A stretch of 64,000 nucleotides of DNA from Gracilinanus agilis (lineage: Eukaryota): positions 226,703,631-226,767,630 of the forward strand of contig NC_058133.1 in the NCBI RefSeq assembly GCF_016433145.1. The letters are read 5' to 3'. Numbering within the stretch: position 1 is the first letter of the stretch; the number at the start of each line of letters is the position of its first letter. The notes under the pieces were generated by a model. It worked only from the letters and a program-made list of their open reading frames with translations. It did no database searches and had not been told where the DNA came from. Positions 1 to 12,015 of this stretch are shown here, piece after piece. Both the position numbers and the translations under genes were made by a program.

Positions 1-169
1 GCCGCCTCGTTCGGCCCGGCCTCAGCGCAGCCCCGGCCCGGAGTAGCCGCCCAGCCCGCCGACCCGTCCCGGGTTCTGAGTCTCCGCCCGCCCGGGCCCG
101 GCCTCCCTCCCTCCCTCCCTCCTCCCCTGCCCCCCGCCCGCCCGGTCCGGGCCTCGGCCCCTCTCTGAG
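1..169 (+). other. MAFG: MAFG non-coding first exon (5' part may extend upstream of window) in CpG island
   Basis: Very GC/CpG-rich 1-500; strong donor GAG|GTGAGT at 169/170; same strand and about 6 kb upstream of the MAFG coding exons. Confidence 0.7.
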
Positions 170-669
170 GTGAGTACGATGCGGGTTGGAGGGCGGGCTC
201 GGGCCCGGGGCTGCGGGTGGGCCGGGCGGGCAGGGCAGTGGCTGGGGCACCCCTGCCGGCCCGGGCGGCCGCCGGGGTGGAGCCGGGTGGGGCGCCTGGG
301 AGCCGCCCTCGGGGCCCCAGGGGTGGGGGGAGAGCAGTGTCCTTGGGCATCACGTCCAGTCCCACCGCGCCAGCCAGTGGAGCCTAGCCCCCGTGCCTCA
401 GTTTCCTCCGTAGCTGAGTTAGGGTTCCCTGTAGTTTTCGATAATGGGGAGCAGGATGAATCTGACTTGCAGTCCTAGGGAGACCCAGGTGGGCGGACCG
501 ACCTAAGTCCCTCCTAAGGGTGTAAATGAAGGAAAGTATATGTCAGAGGTGCGGTGCCAGAGGACTGACCTGCACCGACCCTAGTGGGCCGAGGGAGGTG
601 GGTCCGGTGCAGATTGTTGGGAAAGGCCATAGCACCATGTGGTTGCAGAGCGATTTGACCAAACAAAGC

Positions 670-680
670 TGCTGATTCAT
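670..680 (-). promoter_or_regulatory. ARE/CNC-sMaf-like site (ATGAATCAGCA)
   Basis: + strand TGCTGATTCAT, one mismatch from ATGA(C/G)TCAGCA, in MAFG intron 1. Confidence 0.4.
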
Positions 681-845
681 CAGGTGTCTGTGTCAGCATC
701 TTCCCGAGTGTTGGGGCCTGTTGGGAGAACTGGAGGAAAAGAGGACTGGGTAGGTGGGGAGGGAGGAAGGAGAGCTAAAGACCACCCTGCCCAAGCCAAA
801 TATGCTCCCCGTATAAAGCTGATGCCAGAGCCTAGAGCAAAGACT

Positions 846-856
846 TGCTGACTCAT
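846..856 (-). promoter_or_regulatory. Consensus ARE / NF-E2 (CNC-sMaf) site ATGAGTCAGCA
   Basis: + strand TGCTGACTCAT, an exact consensus match, just downstream of the MAFG CpG island. Confidence 0.6.
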
Positions 857-3800
857 CAGCATGAGGTCACTGGAGGCTCATCCTCATGCCTGAGGGGATT
901 TGAAGGAGCCGATGACAGCCAAACTGGGGAAATGTGGAGGGAAAAAAAGTGAAACAGGAGCCTAAGGGTGTTATTTTTGTGGACCAAGCTATGGAAGTTT
1001 TAGTTGGCATCAACGAATGCTAGTGCTGGAAAGACTCTTAGACACCATTTAATCGAACCCCTAAACTGAAAAAGTTGAGACTGTTCCCTGGGCAGAGTGA
1101 GGAAGGTTGGAATGTGTCAAGTTAAAAGTTCCCTCACAGATTAATATACCAAATTCTAGAGCTTTGAGTTCACACACTCTCACCCCAATAGATAAGGACA
1201 GCCCTTTCTCCTTTTTTTAATTGTCACAACTAGTCCCAGGTCAAAGATACTTCCTGAAACTCTTTAGTAGTTCAGGAACATATCTGGAAGAAGGCAGGGG
1301 ACCTTGGCCATATGACTGGTTGGTGCAACAGATCAGACTGGATGACTGAAGGAAGGAGTGGGAAGAAGAGGTTAGGTATATGGAGAACAGAGAGTTGAAA
1401 AGTAGTATTAGTGGGCTCTGAGGGAAAACAAAGATGAGAGCTGACTGCAATGACCCTTTTCAGATACTCTGGGAACAAATGAAGAAAGCAGCACAACTTG
1501 CCAGGAAGGTTATGTGTGCTTAGGGTGGGCAAGTTTTTAGTCTATAGTTGGTGAGCTGAGACCTGGATTGAAGAAAGTGAGTAGTCACCTCCATACTATG
1601 GAGGATTATGTTAGAGCAAAGGGCTATGTGACTAGGACCAAGAAGGTCACAGAGGCCATGAACCTTAAGACCATGTGAGGGGAGTACTTCCCCATGGGTT
1701 TGTGAGGCCAATATTTGTAGAATAGAGGGGCAAGAGAAAGGTGCTGACTTCTTTAGAGGCAATTATTCAATTATTTGGGGCAATATTTCCTGAATGTGGA
1801 TGGGTTGATAGTGGAAACACACTATGACCTAGGTGTCTGGCCAGAGTTCACCAAGAAGACCTTTTCTTTCCTCCCCTCTCTTATGTTTCCCTACTGCAAA
1901 ACACTGATAATCTGCCCCCAGAGATTTAGTACTTCAGCACAAGGCATTTTCCTTCTGTTAAAATACATATATCGTTTTTAAACAGTAGTTTCCACTTTAG
2001 TGTAAATAATTTATTTACTTCCCTGAGCTTAGGTTTTGACCAAGGGAAGAAAGCCTTTGGGGATACCAGGAAACTTGTGGGATACAAATGGAGTAGCACA
2101 GAGGAAAAGGTAGGAGTGGATGTGAAGGTGTACAAATGTAGGAGTCTGGTGGTGCTGAAGTTTTCATAAACTTTTGTTGGTCGTATTGGTCACATGGTTT
2201 TGGGAATTAGATCTTGACCAAGGCTTTGACCTTTTAAGTGGTAAACAAAGAAAGGTCCACCAGTTGCCTGACCTGATTTCAGCTGAGGTCCCACTGGCTA
2301 GGAGAGGCAGTTGATGTTGATAGGGACTCAATTAGCTTTTGGATCCTTTCTTTTCTCTGAACAGTACTGTAGACAAAAGTAGGTGTTGTTTTTTTACTTG
2401 AATTTTTTTGGAACAAATGCAGGTCAGGAGAAGCAGGGTTGAAAACTGTGGCCTTTGTGAAATGAACCTTATTTAGCTTATATTTAAAATTTGACCCAAC
2501 TGTTTGAAAGGGATGGGACAGAACCCCAGACTGAACAGTCTGGAAAGATCCTGATGACATTTCTCCTTGCCTTTCGGGAAAGAGGTTTTTGATCTATTAT
2601 ATGAGAGTATAAGAGGGTGTCTGATCCAATGTCAATCAAACCAGTTCTGGTCAGGACTCTAGCAAGCAAAAAAGATGATAAGGAAATCTGTGCTTAATTT
2701 TCTTGAAGGACAGAGAAGAGGCTAGGAATAATATAGTTTCTTCCCTAATAGTGACTCTTTCATTTACTAACTATCTGGGTGCCCCCTAGTCCAGGACTAC
2801 CTGGTTTCTTGGGGCTTCTGCATTGCTATTCCTCAAGCCTACTCCAAATATATATGGAATCATTTGCCTTGCATCAATGCCAGTGGGACCTTGGAGAGCT
2901 TCCCAGAGACCAAGCCTCTTTGTCCTCTTGCCGAGCCCCCTGTCCCCCTCCCCCCACCCCATTCAGCTCTTTCCCTGGGAGAACAGTCTCCTTGTCAAGA
3001 AGTTATGGGTGACATCATTTTGTGTGTGTGCACGCGCGTGCGTCCATCTCCCCTGGGTGGACTAAAGGCCAAGGCTGGCAGGTTTAATCCTATTCTCTAC
3101 CCTAGGCACCCACCTCTAGTTTGAGTACCCTTTCCAGTATTCTCGTGTACATGCACACACACATACACACATCCCTTTGATTAGAAGAGGATTGGCTATA
3201 CTTGTGCTGAGTTCAGGCCTTCTGTGGTAGGGTGAAATCTGTTGAGGAGGCACTTTTCAGCTCCCAGCCATCACACTCGGCATTTTTCAGTGTGATCTTT
3301 CTTCAAGGAGTCATCATTGTGCTGAGCACTCAGCAGGTCAGGGAGAGAAGGTTTTGCTATTAAGGCTGTCTAAGAGTACCTAACTTCGGCCCCTATTGTG
3401 GAAGGCATTCCAAACTGGTCATCTTTTTCCTTTTCATGGAGTCTAGTCTGTACTATCTTTCAGACCCCAGATAAAGTTAGGAATGTAACCTCATTGTATT
3501 CAGGGGAGAACTAGGAGGCCTTGTTCTGGTTTGGTTCAGCATCTTTTCCCCTAGTCATGGGGCCAGCATTTTCAGAAAGAACTAGTGCAGACTATAGAAC
3601 CTTGGAGCCTTTTTGCTTTAAGATATTTTGTGTGCTGTCAAAAAAAATAATTCAACAATATAATTCCAGCAGTCCTGATTTTACTTCTTGCTATACTTTG
3701 ACCTTGTTCTGCAACTCCTATTAGTCCTGAGGCAGGCCTCCTGAATTTGGCTGTGACTCTAGGAGCTTTGTCAGAATGACAAGATGTGTCCTTAACCAGG

Positions 3801-4277
3801 TGTCTTTCTCCAAGGAGCTCTTCTCCCTGACCTAGTTGTGTGATTCTCCTCTGACCCCAAAGTGGTTTCATTATAGTGAGAATGCCTGATTAACTCTCGT
3901 ATGCCTTCCCTTTACCTAGGCTTTGCAGTCTCTTCCTAAAGTTTCTCTTTTTTTCCCTACACATCTCACTCTCCATAAACCCATTCTCTTAGAGTCTAAC
4001 CTCTCTCCTTAGACAGAAAGCTTCTCTGACCTGAGCCTGGGGACTGTTATACCTTAACCTTTAGAATGAAGCAACCTTAATAGAGATGAATATATCTCTT
4101 ATATCTTCTTTTCCTTTGTTAAGTCTAAGCCGTTTGCCAGCCCTGAGTAGAGCTTGGTGAGAAAGTTGGGAAGAGAAAGGTAGGTAAAGACTTGCAGCTG
4201 AGTTCTGATGATTCTAGATGTTCCCAGGGCTAGAGGGGAAAAACAAATGTAAAACTTCTTTAAAAAGTGTAAATCTT

Positions 4278-4501
4278 GGGGGCAGCTGGGTGGCTCAGTG
4301 GATTGAGAGCCAGGCCCAGAGATGGGAAGTCCTGGGTTCAAATTTGGCCTCAGACACTTCCTAGCTGTGTGACCCTGGGCAAGTCACTTGACCCCCACTG
4401 CCTAGCCCTTACTGCTCTTCTGCCTTAGAACCAATACATAGCATTGATTTTAAGATGGAAGGTAAGGGCTTAAAAATTTAAATAAAAACAAATAAATAAA
4501 T
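4278..4501 (+). mobile_element. Opossum-type tRNA/CORE SINE (SINE1_Mdo-like) with TSD
   Basis: GGGGCAGCTGGGTGGCTCAGTGG head, B-box GGTTCAAAT, CORE GTGTGACCCTGGGCAAGTCACTT, A-rich tail; TSD AAAAGTGT(A/G)AATCTT at 4263-4277 and 4502-4516. Confidence 0.9.
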
Positions 4502-5009
4502 AAAAGTGTGAATCTTGATGGAGGGGAGGAGCCATGGCATACTGTGGCAAGGTGGTAAAAAAAAGTACAAAAAGCTTAGTATTGAAAAATACTGTCAAAT
4601 GACAGGCTATTTGGTGTTAGTTTCTGCTGCCTGTGATCTATTTGCTGTGTTCTTTGGCACCATGGAAAGTTTATTCCCAGCAGGAGTCAAGTATAAATGT
4701 GCAGCAGATACTATTCAGAGAGTAATTAGTGGCCCAAATGGCACCTCCCCACCCCAGTCTTTGGCTAGCTTATGTCTAAGCAGGGCCTCTGAGTGTTTAG
4801 TGCTAGTGGGGGCCTTATGAAATAACCCTAGTTGCAGTGAAACTATGTGGGGTAAGTAGGAGCTCTAAGATTTTGCAACCTAAAGCCACAGGACTAGGGA
4901 CAATTACCACATGAACAAACAGGACCTGGCAGGATGGGCAAAGAGGAATCTTCTTTAAGATAGTCTAAGATTGGCAGGTTTCATGGCACAGTACAGAATT
5001 TGACATCCC

Positions 5010-5145
5010 TAAACTTATACTACCTATGAGACTTCAAACAGAAGTAGTTTTTAACTTCTCTGGGTCTTCATTTCCTCATCTGTAAGTAAGAGAAGTAGAC
5101 TAGATGAGATGACCTTTGAGGTTCCTGCCAGCTCTGAATCTATAT
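5010..5145 (+). mobile_element. Old MIR/CORE SINE fragment
   Basis: CTTCTCTGGGTCTTCATTTCCTCATCTGTAA core and CTAGATG..GACCTTTGAGGTTCCTGCCAGCTCT tail; boundaries approximate. Confidence 0.65.
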
Positions 5146-5598
5146 ATGGTCTTGTGAAGTCCACCAAAATAAGGACCAGTGGAGTCAGGCAGCATCTCTC
5201 AGGCTAAAAGTCTGTTCAAAGCTTATTTCTTAGGCAGGGGTTGTAAAGACTATAGTAGAAAACTTTCAAATCTCACTTCCCTAAAAGCTAAGTAAAATTT
5301 GGTCTGGGCTATTCACATGGTTATTCAGCTTTAAAACAAAGGATCTCAAAGGCAAGGCTTTCTCCTCATGCCCCTTTCTCACCTTCAGGAGCCAGCCTTC
5401 CATGGACTAGGAGAAGTGTTTGGGGGGGGGGGGTGAACTTCAGTATGCATTCCTTCATTCAGCTGTCATGCAGGATGCCTTTTGCTGACTGATCTTCCAT
5501 TCCCTAACACATGGACTCAGGCTGTCTGGGTCCCTTGGGCCTTGCTGGCTGATTGGGCTTTGGGATTGCCAAAGTGGGTGAGGGAGAGCAAAGTGATG

Positions 5599-5611
5599 TG
5601 CTGAGTCAGCA
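5599..5611. promoter_or_regulatory. Perfect palindromic T-MARE (TGCTGAGTCAGCA)
   Basis: 13/13 match to the Maf recognition element, followed by an AP-1-like ATGACTCG; about 540 bp upstream of the exon 2 acceptor. Confidence 0.7.
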
Positions 5612-6175
5612 TGACTCGCTAGGAATAGCCGCTCTCTGAAGCTGCCAAGTTATTTTTAAAGCTCCTGGCTTCCTTCTAGGCTGGCCCCTCCCTGGTCTTT
5701 TTCCTCCTAATCTCTACCTCCACCTCTCTTGTTTTCCCTTTGATCTGTCTCCCCTTTCCACCTCTGACTCTTCTCACTCTTTCTATACCCATCTGACCTT
5801 ACTGGCCCCAGCCCCAATTCTCAAAGGAAAGGAGCAAAAGGTCAAGCAGAGGTCTGCTCTGGTGTGGGTGGCTCAGGTGTTTGGGGAATTGGACTGGTGG
5901 TAGTAGTAGTGAGAAAGTAGGCCCAGCCAGATTGAGAAATATGAAACTGTGGTGTGGGCATCTGAATTTTTAGATGTGGAAAGGATCTTAGAAATCATAG
6001 CTATATAAACCTATCTAAATGGGGCGCAAAGAAAAGGGGAACAGCTGTGGTTTGATGGGATCAACTGAACAGAGAGTTGAGTTATTCTTTTTGATAGAAT
6101 GAAGGATCTTAGAATTATTCCCTAACTCTACAACTTTTCTTTTTTATAGAGAGTAACTGTCGTGGCTCCCAGGTT

Positions 6176-6782
<607 letters not shown>

Positions 6783-6900
6783 TGACGTGTGTGTGTGCTC
6801 CCCGGTGGCAGCGGGTATATGTGGGGTGGTTAGGCACAAGGCAATTTCAGCAGCCCTGTCCCCACCTCTCTTCCTTCTCTTCTCCCACCTCTTCCCTGCA

Positions 6901-6908
6901 AAGCACAA
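6901..6908 (+). promoter_or_regulatory. miR-218 8mer seed match (AAGCACAA)
   Basis: Exact complement of the miR-218 seed plus A1 anchor, about 120 nt after the MAFG stop. Confidence 0.5.
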
Positions 6909-9900
6909 CCTCCCACCCCGGGGGTGCCGGGCTGAGCCCCCTTTGATTTCATCATTATCGTCATGTGTCTTGTGCGTTGGGATTGGTCGGTGCGGCAGTG
7001 ACATGGGGTGGCCCCCTTTCTTCCTCTGGGTACTAAGGCCAGGTGGACATGGAGTCCCATTGTGCCCCTGTGGGCATAGAAAGAATGTCCTAGGACACCT
7101 TTGTATTTGGGGAGGGGAGGTTCCAGTTTGGGAGGATGGGACCTGTCTATTCTTGAGCCCCAGATGGCCTCCCAGACCTCAGAGTGCTGTCCTCATTACC
7201 CCTAGTGTCAGGAGCTAGGATGCCACCTTGGGAACTGTTCTGTCAGGAATGGTTTGTTATAGACAAACCCAAGTTGAATAGCTCAGCCTTGTGGAAACAG
7301 ATGGGCCTTGTTCTAGTGGGGAAAGTGCAGAATGTCTTAGTGTGGCAAGGGAGAGTGAAGTGGTGCTTCCCTGGTTGGTGGAGGGAGGTTGGGGTGTCAT
7401 ATAGTGGCTGTGAGCCAATAGCCACGGCTTTTGTGCCTGACACGTTGCACTGAACAAGACCAAAATCACTAGTTGTGAACGTATTTGAAAGGTGTGTACA
7501 GTGTGTCTTAGCAATGGGTCCCGTGTCACTGTTTACACAACCTATTTGTGTGGTTAAATGGTCCTTTATTTAAAAGAGAAAAGTTCCTTTGAAGAAGCTA
7601 TTAAATTATATGTTTAAAGACTAAAGAAGAAAAAGCTGCAGAGTATTTAAAAAACTGTCTTTTTAAAAACACAGAATAGGAGGAGTATTTGACCATAGAA
7701 ATGGAAAATGTTTTTAAAAAAAGTATCCTAGAAACTTTGTTAGTTTAAAAAAAGAGAGAGGAACTTGGGGGCTAGGGGGGAATCCTTTGCTGTAAATCCT
7801 TTCTTTGGACAATTCTCTGTGGCTATTGGAGTTTAGTTTTTATAAACACAGAGTTATCAGACATTATTTATAAAACTTAGTTTAAAAAAAAAAAAAAGAC
7901 AAAAAAAAAAACCCTAACCACAAAACCGACCAGATGGCGAGTCCTAACGTTCTTTGATATCTCTTTTGCAATTGTACCAAAAGTGACTTACTCTTTTGCC
8001 CTTTCTGCTTCCGTCTCTTTGCCGGTGGCCGTGGTGTCGTCCGTGCCTGGTGAGGTCTTGTGTGGCGGTAGCGTGCTGGTGCTTCTGGTGACCTTTGACA
8101 TGTGGGTGTCACTCTTGTGTCTGTTCTTCCCGTGTTTGTTTTTTGGTTTTGTTTTTTCTTTTGCTTTTTTCTGGATTCCCAGCACTGGCTACCTAGAGCT
8201 TCTAGTTGCAGTAATTATATGGAGGATACAGGATCTGTGCTTACCCAGTCTCTCTTTTCTGCCTCTTTCCTTATCTGATCCATTCCGAGTCCCCTGTTGG
8301 CAAAAACCCAAAGGCCAGAATAAACACTCTCTAGGGCTGGCAAGGATTTGACTTTGGCTTTGGATGGGATGTATCATGTTGATGAGATGTAGGGCTGGAC
8401 CATTCTCATCACTCATGAATAGATACCTTGGCTTTTTTCCTTTGTGCTCTGATGCCCCATGGCAGAAGAAGTGACATTCAGGGACTGTCTGCACAGACAG
8501 ACATCCTTGCAGCTTCCACGTTCTCCTCCCTATATCCTGGGGTGGTAGACTTTCAGGGACCAAGGAGTTGCCATAGGTATAAATTTGGGGTATAGTTTAA
8601 CTGTCTTTCCTGGCTGTCTTCCTCATTATCTCCCTGACATGATGCAAGCTCTAATTGGTATCCAGTCTGGCCACTACTTTATTCCTAGACTTCAGATGAA
8701 GAAGCTAGACATGAAGCTTCAGGTGAAATCCTCTAGCCAAAACTTGAATCTGGGGCAGGAAATCATCCCATAGTTATCTCTAAGTAAGATCAGTAATGGT
8801 AAATTACCCTCAGGGGAATTTGTACATACTCCCTCTAATTCTGTGGTATATGAAATAACACATTTCTTCACCTCTGCTTCAGTTGTTATTCTACTTTCTT
8901 TTGGGTGGCCTGGTGAGAAGTTTCACTTGATGCCAAACAGTTTTTAGTGCTCTGTCTAGTTCCTTTTCCCTTCCACTTTCCCCAACCCATGCTACCACCT
9001 TCAAACATCTTGGCAGCTTTTTGACCTGAATCCTTCTTCTTGCCCTTTTTTAGTCTTTTTGTCTTCCAGAGATTAGCCACTCAGCTTTCAGAGAATTCTC
9101 CCTCTTGGAACTGAGCCAAATATTTTCTCTTGGCCTCACAACAGAGATAGCTGGTCCCTCCATCTTGGCTCAAGAAGCTCTTGTTAGTGCTATGTTCAAA
9201 AGTGCCAAGTCTGGGATAGGGGTCTGAGCAGTAACTGGATTGCTCAGCTATATAAATGCCCACTTTGAAGGCGGACACTTAGCCTGAATTCTGGCAATAT
9301 GAGCATTGTCCACCTCTTCCCATTGGGTTCCACCTAACTGGCAATTTAAACTAGATTCAGGGTGAAAGGTGGGTCTTGCTGAGGGCATTATAGCTATATA
9401 AAGGTGTGGCTAGACTATTCCTCTAGATAGAGGTAGGATTGGGATAGGGGTACCCCTACAGGGAGGGAAGGGTTGAATAGAAACTTGCACATTGTAAGCT
9501 GGGCCAGGGAAAAAATCACCAGCTTTGATCCAAGTAACTTGTGATAAAGTCTATTTTCTTCCACGCTAATAAACAGCTCACATTGGCTGTCAGCAGGGTC
9601 AAAGAATGACTTAAGTTACCCAAAAGAGAGCTTTCAAAGTCTAGTGTAGACCTGACTTGGAGGGACAAGGGAGGGGAAATGAGAGATTTAGATTTAGAAT
9701 ATCCAACTCCCTCATTTTGCAGTTGAGGAAACTGAGAGGAGAGAGGTTAAATACTTGCCTGTGGTCACACAGATGGTAAGTTCCTGAGGCAGTATTTAAA
9801 CCCAGGTCTTTCTGACTCTAGGTCCAGAATTCCTTCCACTACAGCATGCCAGGTCAGGGCAGGAACTGGCTCACCTCCACCCTTTTTTTGGTTTTAAATG

Positions 9901-11857
9901 CAATCGCCAGTTTTATCCTTAGCTATAGGGCTATAACTGAATAGTTCTCTGGACCTCTCAGCTTGGGCACTAAAGAAGGACCTTATAGGGCTGGGAGAGA
10001 GATGTATGCATAACCAGAGAGGGAGGTCTGCAAGAATGTGGATTTTTAATCTTCATTGAGGAGGGAAGAGACTTCTTCTGCATGTTAGAGCCCAAACCAG
10101 AGTCCCTGTCTCCTGTCTAGTGCTGCTGTTTCTGGAATTGTGACATATCAAGATATACGTGCTTTTCTTTTGACGTGTTTGAGGGAATGTTTTCCCCAGA
10201 TTGAGGGGAGTTTGTCCACTCCCATCTCAGCCAGGCCTGAGGTGTCACCCTGTTTTTGTGGGTGTGCCTTGTCCTTCATCTTGTTTTTTCTAGAATAGAT
10301 ACTGTGTCCATGTGTGGATGTTTTGTGTTTTCCTGGTCTTCATTTGTTCAAGTTTCCTGCTGTGAGAGTGTTGTGTTCATTTTCTTTTTCCTTTGAATTT
10401 TCTTGACGACGAATTGAGGGCTTCAGCTGGGGCCATTCTTCCAAACACATCTGCAAAGTAATACCGTGATGTGTATTTCTCCCATTCTCCTACCCTGCTC
10501 TAAACCCCACTTAGCCCACCTAAGGGGGCTCAGAGCATCCTCTAAATTAATCTGTGGAACGAAGAATAGGTTTATTCTTGAGTGAGGGGCCCTGGCTGCA
10601 GAACAGATACACTCCAAGGGCCTCTGGCTGCTGCTATTCCAGGGGATGTGTTGCCATTTGTGTAAGAACATGACCTATATGTGTGGTGTGTGATGTGTGG
10701 TGCTTCCTGGAATTGTAGATTCTACCTGTCTCCAAATGTATCATCTTGACGGGCTGTTTTTCATTTTGGTTATTACTACTATTATTCATGATTCAGGAAT
10801 GCCCATCAGTAGTTTGTTTGAGTTTTCCCAGTGCTTGGCTCTATGGCTTTTGTTGACCATAGGCTGCTATGGGAGGTAAGATCATGCTGGATCGTTCCTC
10901 TGTGGCAGTTTGAGTTACTTTTTTAGACTGTGGTTTGTTGGAAGGAACTGACACATTAACGATTTTTCTCCCCAGAAGCCACTGAATTTATGGCTTTTTC
11001 TTCCTTTCCTGTCAGTTTCCAGTAGCATGGGCATAAGTAGATGGAAATTACTAAGGGCACAGCTGAGACTTTCACAGAGATGGGTCCAGAGGAAAGCCCA
11101 TGGTGGGGAGGTGGGGCTGGATTATACACTTGAGACTGCTTCTCCACTTGTCCCTTGCTTGTGTGCCTGTCTGAGTGTGTGCTCCTTTGTGTTTGCCAGT
11201 ATCTGAATCCCCATCCCATCTTTGCAGCAGCCATAGCCACCCAAAACTCCAAGTTCAGTTGGTTGGGAGTGGTGGGAAAGGAGAGGTAAGGGGTTTGTGA
11301 GTCTTCAATGAAGCCTTTTTCCATGGTGGGTGCTTCCCATCTTGGGTGCTGTGAGCTCTCTTTGGCACAGAGGGGACTTTGCCCCACCATTCCACCTCTT
11401 CCTCTTCCCCTCTGCTCTTAAGCCTTTACCAAATGGGAAGGGGACTAGGGCAGCATCCAGCCGCCAGACAAAGGCTGCTCTTGGTGTGCCTAGCTCTGTT
11501 GCTTCCTTGCTTTTGGCCTTGAGTGGGTTGGGGTTGAGGGGAGAGAAGGCAGCCTTGAGCAAGGGCTTCTGCCTGGGGCTGAAGCCACTAAGAGCGAGTA
11601 TAGGCGAGCCACCTTGGAATTTACTTTGTTTTTTTTTTTACAGATTTGAAGCGAGCAAGGCTGGGGTCTGGGCACGGGTAGGGGAGACCTGGGCACCAGG
11701 GTCGATCTCTTGGTGCCTCCTCCCCCAGCCCGGCTCAGTATTTATTGCTAAATTATTGTCTTGGCGGGGCGGCCCGGGGCCGGGCCGCCCGGGTATTTAT
11801 TGCTGTATATAGTGTATGTTTGTGATATATAAGGTTTTCTTTATTTTGTATATGATC

Positions 11858-11863
11858 AATAAA
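11858..11863 (+). terminator. MAFG distal poly(A) signal AATAAA
   Basis: AATAAA preceded by U-rich/UGUA elements (TGTATATA 11804-11811) and immediately followed by the SIRT7 CpG island. Confidence 0.75.
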
Positions 11864-11879
11864 AACCTTTTAAAGAGAC

Positions 11880-12015
11880 CACCGCCTCCCTCTCTCTCCT
11901 GTGGAGTGCCGGGAGGGAGGGGAGGAGCGAGGGGCGGGGCCCGGAGCTTCAGCTGCGCAAGCGCGCCTCTCACTTCGGGGGGCGGAAGCGGCGCGGCCGG
12001 TTGCCTAGGGGAGCG
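11880..12015 (+). promoter_or_regulatory. SIRT7 CpG-island core promoter / 5' UTR
   Basis: GC box GGGGCGGGG near 11931-11939, ETS-like GCGGAAGC near 11982-11989, dense CpG from about 11690 to 12530, no TATA. Confidence 0.65.

Larger units (their letters stand above)
6783..11880 (+). other. MAFG: MAFG long 3' UTR (about 5.1 kb)
   Basis: Runs from the stop codon to the distal AATAAA at 11858; U/UG-rich blocks, few repeats (MIR fragments near 8670-8760 and 9690-9850); exact cleavage site inferred. Confidence 0.7.

Noticed and set aside
170-478. 102-aa and 75-aa ORFs at the window start
   Set aside because: They start at the intron 1 donor or lie within the GC-rich CpG island; low-complexity G/R/P/A composition with no family resemblance
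4278-4360. tRNA-like A/B boxes at SINE heads throughout the window
   Set aside because: SINE promoters with no cloverleaf or anticodon arm; not tRNA genes
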